A stretch of 64,000 bases of DNA from Octopus vulgaris (GCA_951406725.2 OX597829.1:45570001-45634000); one strand, 5' to 3'. Positions 1-12,395 are shown, counted from the stretch's first letter. The notes: generated from the letters alone by a model not told the origin. Made by a program: numbers and translations.

Positions 1-45
1 CCGCTAAGCATTTCGCCTGACATGCTAACGTTTCTGCCTGCTCGG
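1..45 (-). mobile_element. SINE family B, 5' head fragment
   Basis: CCGCTAAGCATTTCGCC..GCTAACGTTTCTGCC matches the head of copies at 7545-7590 and 31660-31695. Confidence 0.75.
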
Positions 46-214
46 AAAGGATTATAATCTGGATCTAGTCCTTCACAGTACATTACCAAGTCGTTCTAGA
101 ATTCTCTTACATTTTCATCATAATTCGCTTGGGTGACTTATCCGAATTAATGCATTCTTTCCACACCAGAAGTCCCGATTGAATGATGAAGCATGAATGT
201 CTAGCGTGCATTTT

Positions 215-370
215 AATCACATTGGTCTTTCTCTTAGTGAAATACTGCACCTGTGCATTGTAATGACTACAGGTGAAAGTAGCAGTCTGCTAAATGAACT
301 GGTTGATCCTGCCCATTGATAGCTTGTTGCCTGTTCATCCATTCAGTATCTAGGGATATTCACCATTGAT
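215..370 (+). pseudogene. possible highly decayed non-LTR RT remnant
   Basis: Short peptides IGLSLSE and SSIQYLGI resemble the RT GL.lN..K and YLG motifs; frames are broken. Confidence 0.2.
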
Positions 371-447
371 TCAATAGGAATCATTTGCTGAGATATTTAA
401 CATCCACCATGTTGCATTCCATGATTACGACATGTAACCTTCTTTAT

Positions 448-449
<2 letters not shown>

Positions 450-481
<32 letters not shown>

Positions 482-643
482 AACACACACACACACACAC
501 ACACATTCACACACACTCATACACACACTCACACACACTCATACACACACTCACACACACACTCACACACACACTCACACACACACATTCACACACACTC
601 ATACACACACTCATACACACACACACTCACATGTATGGACGTG

Positions 644-675
<32 letters not shown>

Positions 676-700
676 TGCACAGGCATATGCATACACACAT
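450..700. repeat. (CA)n/(CACT)n compound microsatellite
   Basis: Seen directly; merges into a degenerate SINE-A head at about 703-865 (minus). Confidence 0.95.
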
Positions 701-939
701 ATGCGACAGGCTTCTTTCAGTTTCTGTTTACCAAATGCACTCATATGTCTTTGGTTAGCCCAAGGCTGTGGTAGGAGATTCTTGGCCAAGGTGTTACATG
801 ATGGGATGGAACCTGAAACTAATACGGTTGGGAAGCAAACTTCTTACCACATAGCCACACATGTGCCATTATCAATAAAAAAAATGAACAACTTTTGTGG
901 AAGAACTTTAAAGAAATGACACTCTCTGTATGAATGGTG

Positions 940-974
<35 letters not shown>

Positions 975-1330
975 TATCATCATCATCACCATCGTTTAAC
1001 TGTTTAACATCTGCTTTCCATGCTGGATGGTTTGTCAGAGGACTGGCAAGCCAGAAGGCTGCACCAGGTTCCAATCTGATCTAGCAATGTTTCTACAGCT
1101 GGATGCCCTTCCTAACACCAACCACTCTGAGAGTGTAGTGGGTGCTTTTTACATGCAACCGGCATGAGGGCCAGTCAGGCAGTACTGGCATTGAACATGC
1201 TTGAATGGTGCTTCAGTCAGGCAGCACTGGCAATGACCATGCCCAAATGGTATTTTTTACGTGCCACTGGAACAGGAGCCAGTCAGGTGGCACTGGCAAT
1301 GGCATAGCTTGAATGGTGCTTTTTACGTGT
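940..1330 (-). mobile_element. family C repeat (RTE-type 3' tail, (GAT)n end)
   Basis: Reverse of GTTAGGAAGGGCATCCAGCTGTAGAAA...TTAAACGATGATGAT; homologous to 61720-62060. Confidence 0.8.
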
Positions 1331-1649
1331 CAGGGTCATGGGATATTGTGAAAGGCTTGGTTGGAGGCCCAACCTTCCAAGTTCTTTTACAGGGCTTAGA
1401 AAAACTGAAGGGCTACTGCAATAAGTGTGTGAATCTGAGAGGGAAATATGTTGAATAAAATCATAACTGATCCACCTGTATTTTCTTTTTCCCAAAGCCA
1501 GGAACCTTTCAGTAACCTGTCATGTGTAGACAAATACATATGACAAACTTCCAGTTTCCACCTGTCAAATTTAATTACAAACTATTGTAGAGGATATTAT
1601 TTACATTATTTACATTTGACGGATATTTCTCCTCATATTGTTTGTTAGC

Positions 1650-1697
1650 AATACAGCATTTCGGCTGATATACCCTGCAGCCTTCATCAGGTGTCTT
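1650..1697 (-). ncRNA. type-I hammerhead ribozyme motif (decayed copy)
   Basis: AAGACAC-CUGAUGA-A-GGCUG/CAGCC-GAAA-UG-CU-GUAUU; U16.1 is mutated. Confidence 0.65.
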
Positions 1698-1740
1698 GGG
1701 AAAATTTCGAACCTAGGTTCTCATTCCTAAGGTATTCCCC

Positions 1741-1788
1741 AAGACACCTGATGAAGGCTGGAGGGTATATCAGCCGAAACATTGTGTT
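1741..1788 (+). ncRNA. minimal type-I hammerhead ribozyme motif
   Basis: GACAC (stem I)-CUGAUGA 1748-1754-A-GGCUG/CAGCC (stem II)-GAAA 1776-1779-CA-UU-GUGUU (stem I'). Confidence 0.75.
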
Positions 1789-2411
1789 AACAACAAACAA
1801 GATGAGGACAAATGTAAATAATGTAAATAATGTACATAATTACTCATCTCTTAAATATAGAACCATATTCTAGAGGACAGTAGCCAAAAGTGCCTATCCA
1901 GTGGAAGCAAACTCCAAACCATGTGGTTCCAAAGCAAAGTTCTTAAGGTTTAAGGAATTAATTTGTTTCAGGAAACAGATTTCTTTTAATTCCTTTCATT
2001 ACCATATTTCTTTTGAAATACATTGTCTTTGATTCAACTAATTTCGAAAATAATGAAGAATTTAGTTTGATAACTTAGTCATTGTCAATTTGGTATTTGG
2101 AATATAAATTAACATGAACTTTAATAGTCTTTGATTCAGATCCTTTTAAAAACAGAAAGTTAGTCTCTGGTTGGTTGGTATTAAAAGAGGGTGTCCTGCA
2201 AATACCAAATGAGTCACAGAATAAACTTCAAGTAAAGATAGGCTTGTGATATTGTTGTCTTGAGCATTTCTGTGATATCTTTTGTTGTTGATGTTGTTAT
2301 TGTTGTAGTTATAGTTGTTCAGCATCCAGATAAGATTATTAAAAGCATTCTAGCCATGACTATCCCATCTTATTTTCAGACATTGTATAATAATGACTAT
2401 ATTACCTAAGG

Positions 2412-2414
<3 letters not shown>

Positions 2415-2466
<52 letters not shown>

Positions 2467-2693
2467 ATATGTTTGTGTGTCTGTGTTTGTCCCTCTAGCA
2501 TTGCTTGACAACTGATGCTGGTATGTTTACGTCCCCGTCACTTAGCAGTTCAGCAAAAGAGACTGATAGAATAAGTACTAGGCTTACAAAGAATAAGTCC
2601 CGGGGTCGATTTGCTTGACTAAAGGCGGTGCTCCAGCATGGCCGCAGTCAAATGACTGAAACAAGTAAAAGAGTAAAGGAGTAAAAGTAAGAG
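2415..2693 (+). mobile_element. SINE family A, 5'-truncated within its internal microsatellite
   Basis: 3' half with (GTAAAAGA)n tail; 17-bp TSD TATATTACCTAAGGTAT at 2398-2414 and 2694-2710. Confidence 0.9.
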
Positions 2694-3027
2694 TATATTA
2701 CCTAAGGTATCTATCTTCTTTTTTTTACATGCTAAATGGTAGAATAATTTGAGGGAGATGTAACTGCTTTTTCAGGCACATTGAGTGATATTACAGAGAG
2801 GGACTCATTCATTGGCTAGTTATTGTTGTCATATGTATATGTGGTCTCTTTCTCTCCCTCTCTCTTCCTCTCATACTAGTAGCAGTTGTTCAGTTTTGAT
2901 CTAGCAGATGAAGGGTCTTTCAGTCATGTCCAACCCATTGTGTGTCTTGTATCTTCTTTTTCTACATAAGCCACTAAGGCGTAATTTGAGGGAGGTTTGG
3001 CTGCTATCTGTAGCAGGTTCAACAATC

Positions 3028-3439
3028 ACTCTTTTACTCTTTTACTCTTTTACTTGTTTCAGTCATTTGACTGTGGCCATGCTGGAGCACTGCCTTTAGT
3101 CGAGCAAATTGACCCTGGGACTTATTCTTTGTAAGCCCAGTACTTATTCTATCGGTCTCTTTTGCTGAACCGCTAAGTTACGGGGACGTAAACACACCAG
3201 CATCGGTTGTCAAGCAATGGTAGGGGGACAAACACAAACACACAAACACATACACACACACACACACATACATATACATATATATGACAGGCTTCTTTCA
3301 GTTTCCGTCTACCAAATCCACTCACATGGCATTGGTTGGCCTGGGGCTATAGCAGAAGACACTTGCTCAAGATGCCACGCAGTGGGACTGAACCTGGAAC
3401 CATGTGGTTGGTAAGCAAGCTACTTACCACACAGCCACT
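3028..3439 (-). mobile_element. SINE family A (tRNA-derived, CORE-like box, internal TA/TG microsatellite)
   Basis: A box TGGCTGTGTGG, B box GGTTCAGTCCC, CORE-like CTTG(G/A)GCAAGTGTC, tail GTAAAAGA. Confidence 0.9.
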
Positions 3440-3539
3440 GTCCTCCGGACTCTGTCTGATTAGGAAAGCCTCATCAAAAGCATTCCAGCCTTGACCGTTC
3501 CATATATTTGTATTTTGTCCAGTGTGATTTTTCCTTTCT

Positions 3540-3615
3540 TTAAGATAGTAAGATGTGATTTGAGGGAGATTTGGCTGCAGTTCTAGTAAGTTAAATGACC
3601 ACTTAGAATTTCCTC
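3540..3615 (+). mobile_element. old dispersed repeat family F (GTGATTTGAGGGAGATTTGGCTGCTATTTCTAGC motif)
   Basis: Related copies at about 2745-2790, 2980-3020, 6315-6360(-), 36840-36875(-), 37330-37370, 49080-49130. Confidence 0.6.
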
Positions 3616-3803
3616 AATGATCCATATTATACTTATTGTTGCCGTTATTATTATCATTTTGGCCCCTAATCTGTCCTGACTGGAAGACCCATGAGCCTTT
3701 GAATATGGGCAACCCAAGCTAGAGCATTTATTTTTTTTTCTCCAGTATATTTAGGGCTACAATATCATCATTTGTATCCTTCCTGTTTCCAAGAAAGAAC
3801 TAA

Positions 3804-4213
3804 TACTCTTTACTCTCTTTTACTTGTTTCAGTCATTTGACTGCGACCATGCTGGAGCACTGCCTTTAGTCGAGCAAATCGACCCCAGGACTTATTCTTT
3901 GTAAGCCCAGTACTTACTCTATCAGTCTCTTTTGCCGAACCGCTAAGTGACGGGGACGTAAACACACCAGCATCGGTTGTCAAGCAACGCTAGGGGGACA
4001 AACACAGACACACTCAAACACACACACACATACATATTTATACATATATATGACAGGCTTCTTTCAGTTTCTGTCTACCAAATCCACTCACAAGGCATTG
4101 GTCGGCCCGGGGCTATAGCAGAAGACACTTGCCCAAGATGCCACGCAGTGGGACTGAACTCGGAACCATGTGGTTGTTTAGCAAGCTACTTACCACACAG
4201 CCACTCCTGCGCC
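3804..4213 (-). mobile_element. SINE family A, full length
   Basis: Near-identical to 33051-33461. Confidence 0.92.
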
Positions 4214-4624
4214 TAATGTGATGACTTTACAAAGATTTAGTTGTTACTCCCAAGCTGGTCGATTGACCATTTGGATATTCCTCCTCACTTGCTCTTCAAT
4301 AAACTTTATTGCTTAACAGTTCTGTCACTTTTATTAAAGAAATAATGAAACTAATTGAATGAGAAACAAAAGGAATAATACAATATAATTCCGATAAAAG
4401 ATTTAACAATCAAATATTATGATTTCTTTCTAAACGGTTCAATGAATCAATAAATCAATCATAAACATATTTATCTCTCAATTCCATTGATCAATTCCTA
4501 TTGAAATTCTTTAGAGGATAGATTGTAATTGAAATTACATGCACATGAATGCACACACATACTTGCAGAAATACATGTATAAATGCACGCATAAAAGCAT
4601 AAACACATACACACGTGCATTTGC

Positions 4625-5490
4625 AAATGCACAAAGAATAAAACAGCGAATGAGGCTCTCTGTTGTTCCTTTGACAAGCTAGAAATAGCAGCCAAAAGCA
4701 CTACCGAAAGAACAAAGAATAAAACAGTGAATGAGGCTCTCTGTTGTTCCTTTGACCAGCTAGAAATAGCAGCCAAAATCACTACCAAATGCACAAAGAA
4801 TAAAACAGTGAATGAGACACTTTGTGGCTCCTTTGACCAGCTAGAAATAGCAGCCAAAATCACTACCAAATGCACAAAGAATAAAACAGTGAATGAGACA
4901 CTTTGTGGCTCCTTTGACCAGCTAGAAATAGCAGCCAAAATCACTATTAAAAGCACAAAGAATAAAACAATGAATGAGACACTTGGTTGCACCATTGACC
5001 AGCTAGAAATAGCAGCCAAAAGCACTATTAAAAGCACAAAGAATAAAACAGTGAATGAGACACTTGGTAGCGCCTTTGACTAGCTAGAAATAGCAGCCAA
5101 AAGCACTACCAAAAGCACAAAGAATAAAACAGTGAATGAGACACTTGGTGGCTCCTTTGACTAGCTAGAAATAACAGCCAAAATCACTACTAAAAGAACA
5201 AAGAATAAAACAGTGAATGAGACACTTGGTGGCTCCTTTGACTAACTAGAAATAGCAGCCAAAATCACTACCAAAAGCACAAAGAATAAAACAGTGAATG
5301 AGATTCTCTGTGGCTCCTTTGACCAGCTAGAAATAGCAGCCAAAATCACATTCACATGCACAAAGTATAAGAGAATGTGTGAGACTCATTGTAGCTCTTC
5401 GAACAACTGGAAATAGCAGCTAAAATCACTACCAACAACACAGTGAGTGAGACTCATTGTGGCTTCTCTGACTACTAGAAATAGTAGTGA
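4625..5490. repeat. 81-bp minisatellite, about 9 conserved plus 2 degenerate units
   Basis: GAATAAAACA recurs at 81-bp spacing (4798, 4879, 4960, 5041, 5122...). Confidence 0.95.
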
Positions 5491-5689
5491 AACTCACTTC
5501 TCTATAACCTTCAAAATGGGAAAGAAAAATCAGATAATGTAGTCCTAGGAACCCCTAAAATAATGAAGGATGGTCTTGATATGAATGTTATTGATTTTGA
5601 GTTTGCTCGATAGGGAGTGACCTGGAATTAAGAGGAGAAGCAAACAAGACAATAATGCAACCAGCCCCTACCACTTACTCTACTAACAG

Positions 5690-6255
5690 CAGTAAATTAC
5701 TACCACCACAACAACAACAAACACAACCACCACCACCACTACCACCACCACCACTATCACCACTGACACTAACACCACCACTACCAACACCACCACCACC
5801 ACCACCACCACCACCACCACCACCACCACCACCACCACTACTATCACCAACACTAACACCATCATCACCAACACCAACACCACCACCACCACCACCACCA
5901 CTACTATCACCGACACTAACACCATTACCACTGCCACCATTGGCATCACCAAAACAACCACCACCACCACCACCACCAACACCACCACCATCACCACCAC
6001 CACCAAACCACCACCACCACCACCACCAAATCATCACCACCACCAAACCACAACCACCACCACCACCACCACCAATCCTCCACTACCACCACCACCACCA
6101 CTGCTGCCCCCCCCCCCCACCACCACCACCAAACCACCACCACCACCAAACAACTACCACAACCACCACCACCACCACCACCACAACAGCCACCACCAAC
6201 ACCATCACCACCACCACCACCACCATCACCATCATCACCACCACCACCACCATTG
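5690..6255. repeat. (CCA)n-rich compound microsatellite
   Basis: Seen directly. Confidence 0.95.
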
Positions 6256-6877
6256 CTATCACCAATTACAGTAACAAATTTAGCCAATGAGAAAACCTCT
6301 GTGTATTGCTGTATCGAACTGCTAGGAATATCTGTCAAAATTCCCTCAAATCCACACTCTACCATTTTCTAGAGAAGAAGCGTGAATTAGATAATCTAGT
6401 CCTAGATGATGTCAATGACGATGGTGATGGTGGTAGACAGTGACAGCAGGGACAATGATGGTGACAACAGTAATGATAATGATGGTGATGGTGACGGTGA
6501 TGGTGATGGCTATGGCTGTGGTGATAGAGGTGACGTTGACAGTGACGAGGAATTCTCTGTCCTTGTTTGTCCCCTCTATGTTTAGCCCCTTGTGGGTAAT
6601 AAAGAAATAGGTAATAATAATGATGGTGATGGTGATGGCAACGGTGGCGCTGATGGTGATAGAGGTGACATCAACAATGACGAGGAATTCTCTGTTGGTT
6701 TTCATGATGATCATCCATTCAGTTGCTCATTAAGTTAACATGAAAGTGGCTGAGTATTTCATAGACATGTGTATTCTTAACAGAGTCAGCAGGTAGAATC
6801 AGCATGATGTAGTATGTAGAAAATGCAGCACATTTCAGTATCAAGCACAGTCCATACAGCAAGCTTCCACACAGTTT

Positions 6878-7592
6878 CTTATTTCTTTATTGCCCACAAG
6901 GGCACATTTTTCCCGGCATGCTAACATTTCTGCCAGCTCGCTGCCTTTTTTTATTTCTTTATTGCCCACAAGGGGCTAAACACAGAAGGGACAAACAAGG
7001 ACAGACAAAGGGATTAAGTCGATTACATCGACCCTAGTGTGTACCTGGCACTTAATTTATCTACCTCGAAAGGATGAAAGGCAAAGTCAACCTCGGTGGA
7101 ATTTGAACTCAGAACATAAAAACAGAAGAAATACTGATAAGCATTTCGCCCAGCGTGCTAACATTTCTGCCAGCTCAACGCCTTTTTTTATTTCTTTATA
7201 GCTCACAAGGGGCTAAAACAGAAGGGACAGACAAAATGATTAAATCGATTACATCGACCCCAGTACGTAACTGGTACTTAAGTTATCGACCCCAAAAAGA
7301 TGAAAGGCAAAGTCGACCTTGGCGGAATTTGAACTCAGAACACGACGGCAGAAGAAATACCTATTTCTTTACTACCCACAAGGGGCTAAACACAGAGGGG
7401 ACAAACAAGGACAGACAAATGGATTAAGTCGATTACATAGACCCCAGTGCATAACTGGTACTTACTTAATCAACCCCGAAAGAATGAAAGGCAAAGTCAA
7501 CCTCGGCAGAATTTGGACTCAGAATGTAACAGCAGACGAAATACTGCTAAGCATTTCGCCGGCGTACTAACATTTCTGCCAGCTCGCCGCCT
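6878..7592 (-). mobile_element. SINE family B tandem array (3-4 units)
   Basis: Repeated CCCCGAAAGGATGAAAGGCAAAGTCGACCTCGGCGGAATTTGAACTC units; B box GAGTTCAAATTC; central GCCTTTCATCCTTTCGGGGTCGATAAA resembles the Meta/MESC-type SINE core (from recall, not searched). Confidence 0.88.
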
Positions 7593-8223
7593 TTTTTTTC
7601 CCATTAGTGCAAGTAGGTAACTGGAATGGCTTCTATACAGTTTCTGTCAACCCAGTTTCATTTACAAGGCAATAGTGACAAGTTCTATGTAATCATGCTG
7701 GTTGTGGAACATTATTATTGCTAACCAAAATTCTCATATCTCTCGACTCTTCCTGCATCAATAAATAACCCTAAAAAAAGAAAGATTAAGAGAAGGTGGT
7801 CATGTTTAAACCAATTTGATCTTGGGTTTGCACAATCAGGGTTGACCCAGGGTGAGGGTGGGGGCTAACCAACAGCAACAATGTAGAAACAGCAATAGAA
7901 ATAAGGCTGGAACAAAAAAATAGAAACAAAACTGAATTTGGCCTTGATGATATTTGGGGGTCAAAGTATATAGGTTGTGGATTTGGGCCAAATTTATAGA
8001 TTAAAAATGTGGATCCTGGTAGCTGTATTTGCCAAATTTTTAATTCTTTCATATAGCAGAAACATTTTCCTTTTCCATTGCATTTTATGAAATCCATAGC
8101 ATTTTATGAAATCACACACACACACACACATACACCCATGCACACAAATGCATGCACACATACACACATGCACACAGGCATGTACACACATGCATACACT
8201 CCTTAACAGCACACAGATACACT

Positions 8224-8259
<36 letters not shown>

Positions 8260-8739
8260 CATACATATAAGCAAAATAGTCAAACACTGAGATTTGAGAT
8301 ATATATATATATATATATATGTAAATATATATATTATTTACATGCCTCTTTCCTTTGCTTTCTTTTCTTTCTCTTTAATTCTGTGTGTATACATACATAC
8401 ATACATACATACATACATACGTACATACATACATAAATACATACATACATACAAACATGCCATACATACTTACATACATACACACACACATGCAAACATA
8501 CACACACACATGTAAACATACACACACACACATATTGATTTCAAATCTTTTACACATATATAACATTTCCCACTCCACCACCCCACCACCATCACAACCA
8601 CCACCACTACCACCACCACCACCACCACCACCACCAACAACAAAAATAATATGATGTACCATAAACAAATGAAGGCATCACAGCAGAACCCACAACACAC
8701 AGAAAACATAAGACTTTACAAAAGAAATATAGCAACACA

Positions 8740-8804
8740 TTAGGGAGGACCATTCATACAATGAACGAACCTGCAAAACACAGTGCAAGATACTATAGAC
8801 ACCA
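8740..8804 (-). other. candidate terminal exon of an unidentified minus-strand gene
   Basis: Acceptor TTTTTTTCTCTCCTTGTGTAG|; reads xVSIVSCTVFCRFVHCMNGPP* (phase 1) or WCL* (phase 0); no homology recognised. Confidence 0.2.
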
Positions 8805-9097
8805 CTACACAAGGAGAGAAAAAAATGGGGGGGGGGGTTAAAACAGAAACGAACCCCCACACCACCCAAAAAAAAATTAAAACCAAGAGAATAAAATGAA
8901 TAAAAATATGATGAAGACCAAAGAAATCTTCATAGAATTGCTCAGTCAAATACATAGTTTCATGAGAAGTAAACTTTTGACCTCACACTTAATAACAGCA
9001 ATCAGAATTAAAAAAATATACACATATATACACAACATGAAAGAGCAACAAACAGTTAACATGGAGGAGGAGAACTTAACTGGAATAGAAAAATAAA

Positions 9098-9127
9098 CAA
9101 AACTGAAAGAAGCCTGTCGTATATATG

Positions 9128-9160
<33 letters not shown>

Positions 9161-9372
9161 TTGTGTGTCTGTGTTTGTCCCCCTAGCATTGCTTGACAAC
9201 CGATGCTGGTGTGTTTACGTCCCCGTCACTTAGCGGTTCGGCAAAAAGAGACCGATAGAATAAGTACTGGGCTTACAAAAAGAATAAGTCCCGGGGTCGA
9301 GTTGCTCGACTAAAAGGCGGTGCTCCAGCATGGCCGCAGTCAAATGACTGAAACAAGTAAAAGAGTAAAAGA
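9098..9372 (+). mobile_element. SINE family A, 5'-truncated
   Basis: High identity to 33195-33461. Confidence 0.9.
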
Positions 9373-9509
9373 ATATATACACAACTGCATGAGAATAAAT
9401 AAATAAATAAATAAATAAATAAACAAAATAAATAAATAAAAAATAAATAAATAATTCATATGGCAGAGTCTTTCTGAACAACTCATGAAGAAATAGCACT
9501 GCATGAGAA

Positions 9510-9560
<51 letters not shown>

Positions 9561-9624
9561 ATATGGCAGAGTCTTGCAAGAAATTCTGTTTATGAAAACA
9601 AATTACCTGAACATTGACAGGCCG

Positions 9625-9662
9625 AATCATCATCATCGTTGCCATCATCATTATCATCATTG

Positions 9663-9696
<34 letters not shown>

Positions 9697-9885
9697 TATC
9701 ATCATCACCATCATCATCATCATCATCATCACCATCACCATCACCATCACCATCATCATCATCATCATCATCATCATCGTCTTCATCATCGTCTTCATCA
9801 TCGTCTTCGTCGTGTCCAGCAGCAGCAGCAGCAACACCACCACCACCACCACCACCACAACCACCATCACCATCATCATCATCAT
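9625..9885. repeat. (CAT)n/(CAG)n/(CAC)n microsatellite, expanded tail of a family C element
   Basis: Seen directly. Confidence 0.9.
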
Positions 9886-10970
9886 TTAGTGTCTGCTTTC
9901 CATGCTGGCACGAGTTGGACAGTTTGACTGAAACTGGTAAGCCAGAGAGCTGCACCAGGTTCCAGTCTGATTTGGTAATGGTTTCTATGGCTAGATGCCC
10001 TTCCTAATATCAACCACTCCAAGAGTGTAGCAGGTGCTTTTGCGTGCCACCAGTATGGGTGCCACTTACATGACACCAGCAATAGTCACAACTACGATTT
10101 CAAGCACAGCATATCATCAAGATCTCAGTCACTTGCCATCACCTCCAAGAAGCCTACCATTTGAAGAACATGCTTACCATCTTGTCCCTCATCTCTGTGA
10201 GGCCAGACATTTGAAGATCATACTACTAGCAACAACCACAATTACGATTTCGCAGGTATAATTTGTATGGCACCAGCAATGGCCACGACTACAATTTCAC
10301 ATAGTTTGACAAGTTTTCTCAAGCACAGCATACACCAAGGTCTTGGTCACTTGCCATCATTTTCATGAGTCCCAACACTTGAAGATCATGCTTCACTACC
10401 TTATCCTTTGCCTCTGTGAGGCCCAATATTTGAAGATCATGCTGTTGGTAACCTCCATGATTACAATTTCACAGGTGTCTTTAACATGACATCAACAACG
10501 GCCATGACTATGGTTTCACTTGGCTTGATGAGTCTTCTCAATCATCATCAATGTTTAACGTCTGCTTTCCATGCTAGCATGGGTTAGATGATTTTGACTG
10601 AGGGCTGGTGAACCAGATGGCTGCACCAGGCTCCAATCTTGATCTGGCAGAGTTTCTACAGCTGGATGCCCTTCCTAATGCCAACCACTCCGAGAGTGTA
10701 GTGGGTACATTTTACATGCCACCGGCACAGGGGCCCATCAGGCAGTACTGGCAACAACTTCACTCGAATCTTCTTACACATGGCCACCGGCACAGGTGCT
10801 AGTAAGGCGACACTGATAACGATCACACACGAATGGTGCCTTTTACGTGCCACTGGCACGAAAGCCATCTAGCTGCTCTGGCAACAATCACGCTCAGATG
10901 GTGCTCTTAGCACCCTAATAGCACAGGCACAAGTGCCAGTAAGGCGACCTGGTAATGATCACACTTGAAT
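9885..10970 (-). mobile_element. two family C elements (9885-10540 and 10540-10970) with internal repeats
   Basis: Both contain CTTTCCATGCT.GCA.G.GTT and GATGCCCTTCCTAA..CAACCACTCC. Confidence 0.75.
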
Positions 10971-11204
10971 ATGATCTGATCAATTCAATAGCAGTGGTAG
11001 CATTGAGGGAAAATGGGGTTTGTTTGATCCTTAGAGAGCTCAATCCTCGGCCAAACCACATCCATAAATGGAAAACTTGCCTAATGAAAAAGAAGGATCT
11101 AACATGAGAAAGAAATATTAACCCAAGCAACAACAAAACGTATTATATCATTTTGTTTTATCTTGATAGAGTCATTATACCAATAATTAGTATAAGCACT
11201 GGGG

Positions 11205-11441
11205 TTGATTATTGGCTTCAAATTTTGGCACAAGGCCAGCAGTTTCAGAGTTGGGGAGAAGTTGTAAGTTGATTACATCAACCCCAGTGTTCAACTGGTA
11301 CTTATTTTATCGACCCTGAAAGGATGAAAGGTAAAAGGGACTTAGGCAGAATTAGAGCTCAGACGAAAAGCCATTGTAACAACTCTGCTAGATTGCTGCC
11401 CGGGAAACCAACTATGTATGAGACTGAAGAAAAGTAAATGA

Positions 11442-11515
<74 letters not shown>

Positions 11516-11518
11516 ATA

Positions 11519-11606
<88 letters not shown>

Positions 11607-11847
11607 TAATAATCCTTTCTATTATAGGGACAAGGCCTGAAGTTTTGGGGTAGTTGATTAGATCGATCCTAGTACACAACTGTTACTTAATTTATTGACC
11701 CTGAAAGGATGAAAGGCAAAGGTGACTTTGTTGGAATTAGATCTCAAACAAAATGCCATTAAGCATTTAGCCTGGCAATGTAACAACTCTGCCAGCTGGC
11801 TGCCTGGGACACCAACAATCTATGAGACTCAAGAAAAAAAAATAATG

Positions 11848-11898
<51 letters not shown>

Positions 11899-12395
11899 GT
11901 TTCAAATTTTGATGCAAGGCCAGCAATTTTAGGGGAGAGGTTGTAAGTTGATTACATCAACTCTGCCAGCTTGCTGCCTGAGAAACCAACAATCTATGAG
12001 ACTGAAGAAAAAGAAAATAAATAACAATAATAATAATAATAATAATAATCCTTTCTACTATAGGCACAAGCCCTGAAATTTTGGGCGAGGGTTCAGTCAA
12101 TTAGATTAACCCCAGTATTCAAATGGTATTTTATTTATTAACCCCGAAAGGATGAAAGGCAAAGTCACCCCCGGCGGAATTAATGGTTTCAAATTTTGGC
12201 GCAAGGCCAGCAATTTGGGGGGAGGGGGTAAGTCAATTTCGTCGACCCCAGTGTTTGACTGGTATTTATTTTATTGACCCCCAAAGGGATGAAAGGCTAA
12301 GTCAACATTGGCAGAATTTGAACTCAGAATGTAAAGACGGATGAAATGCCACTAAGTATTTCACCTTGCATGTTAACGACTCTGTCAGCTCACCT
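11205..12395 (-). mobile_element. cluster of SINE-B variants interleaved with (TAC)n/(TAA)n tracts
   Basis: GGCACAAGGCC...GATTACATCGACCCCAGT...GAAAGGATGAAAGG units; flank motif ACCAACAATCTATGAGACT repeated three times. Confidence 0.75.

Larger units (their letters stand above)
1595..1865. mobile_element. non-autonomous Penelope-like/retrozyme-type element made of two inverted hammerhead-containing units
   Basis: Minus unit about 1595-1736 and plus unit about 1737-1865; TSD TATTGTAGAGGA (1583-1594) / TATTCTAGAGGA (1866-1877); interrupts an old SINE-A. Confidence 0.75.

Noticed and set aside
4498-5490. CRISPR array or multi-pass membrane protein
   Set aside because: Units are contiguous with no unique spacers and there are no cas genes; the ORF periodicity follows from the 81-bp unit
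5655-6290. 211-aa proline-rich (formin/extensin-like) ORF
   Set aside because: It is a (CCA)n microsatellite that is open in several frames on both strands
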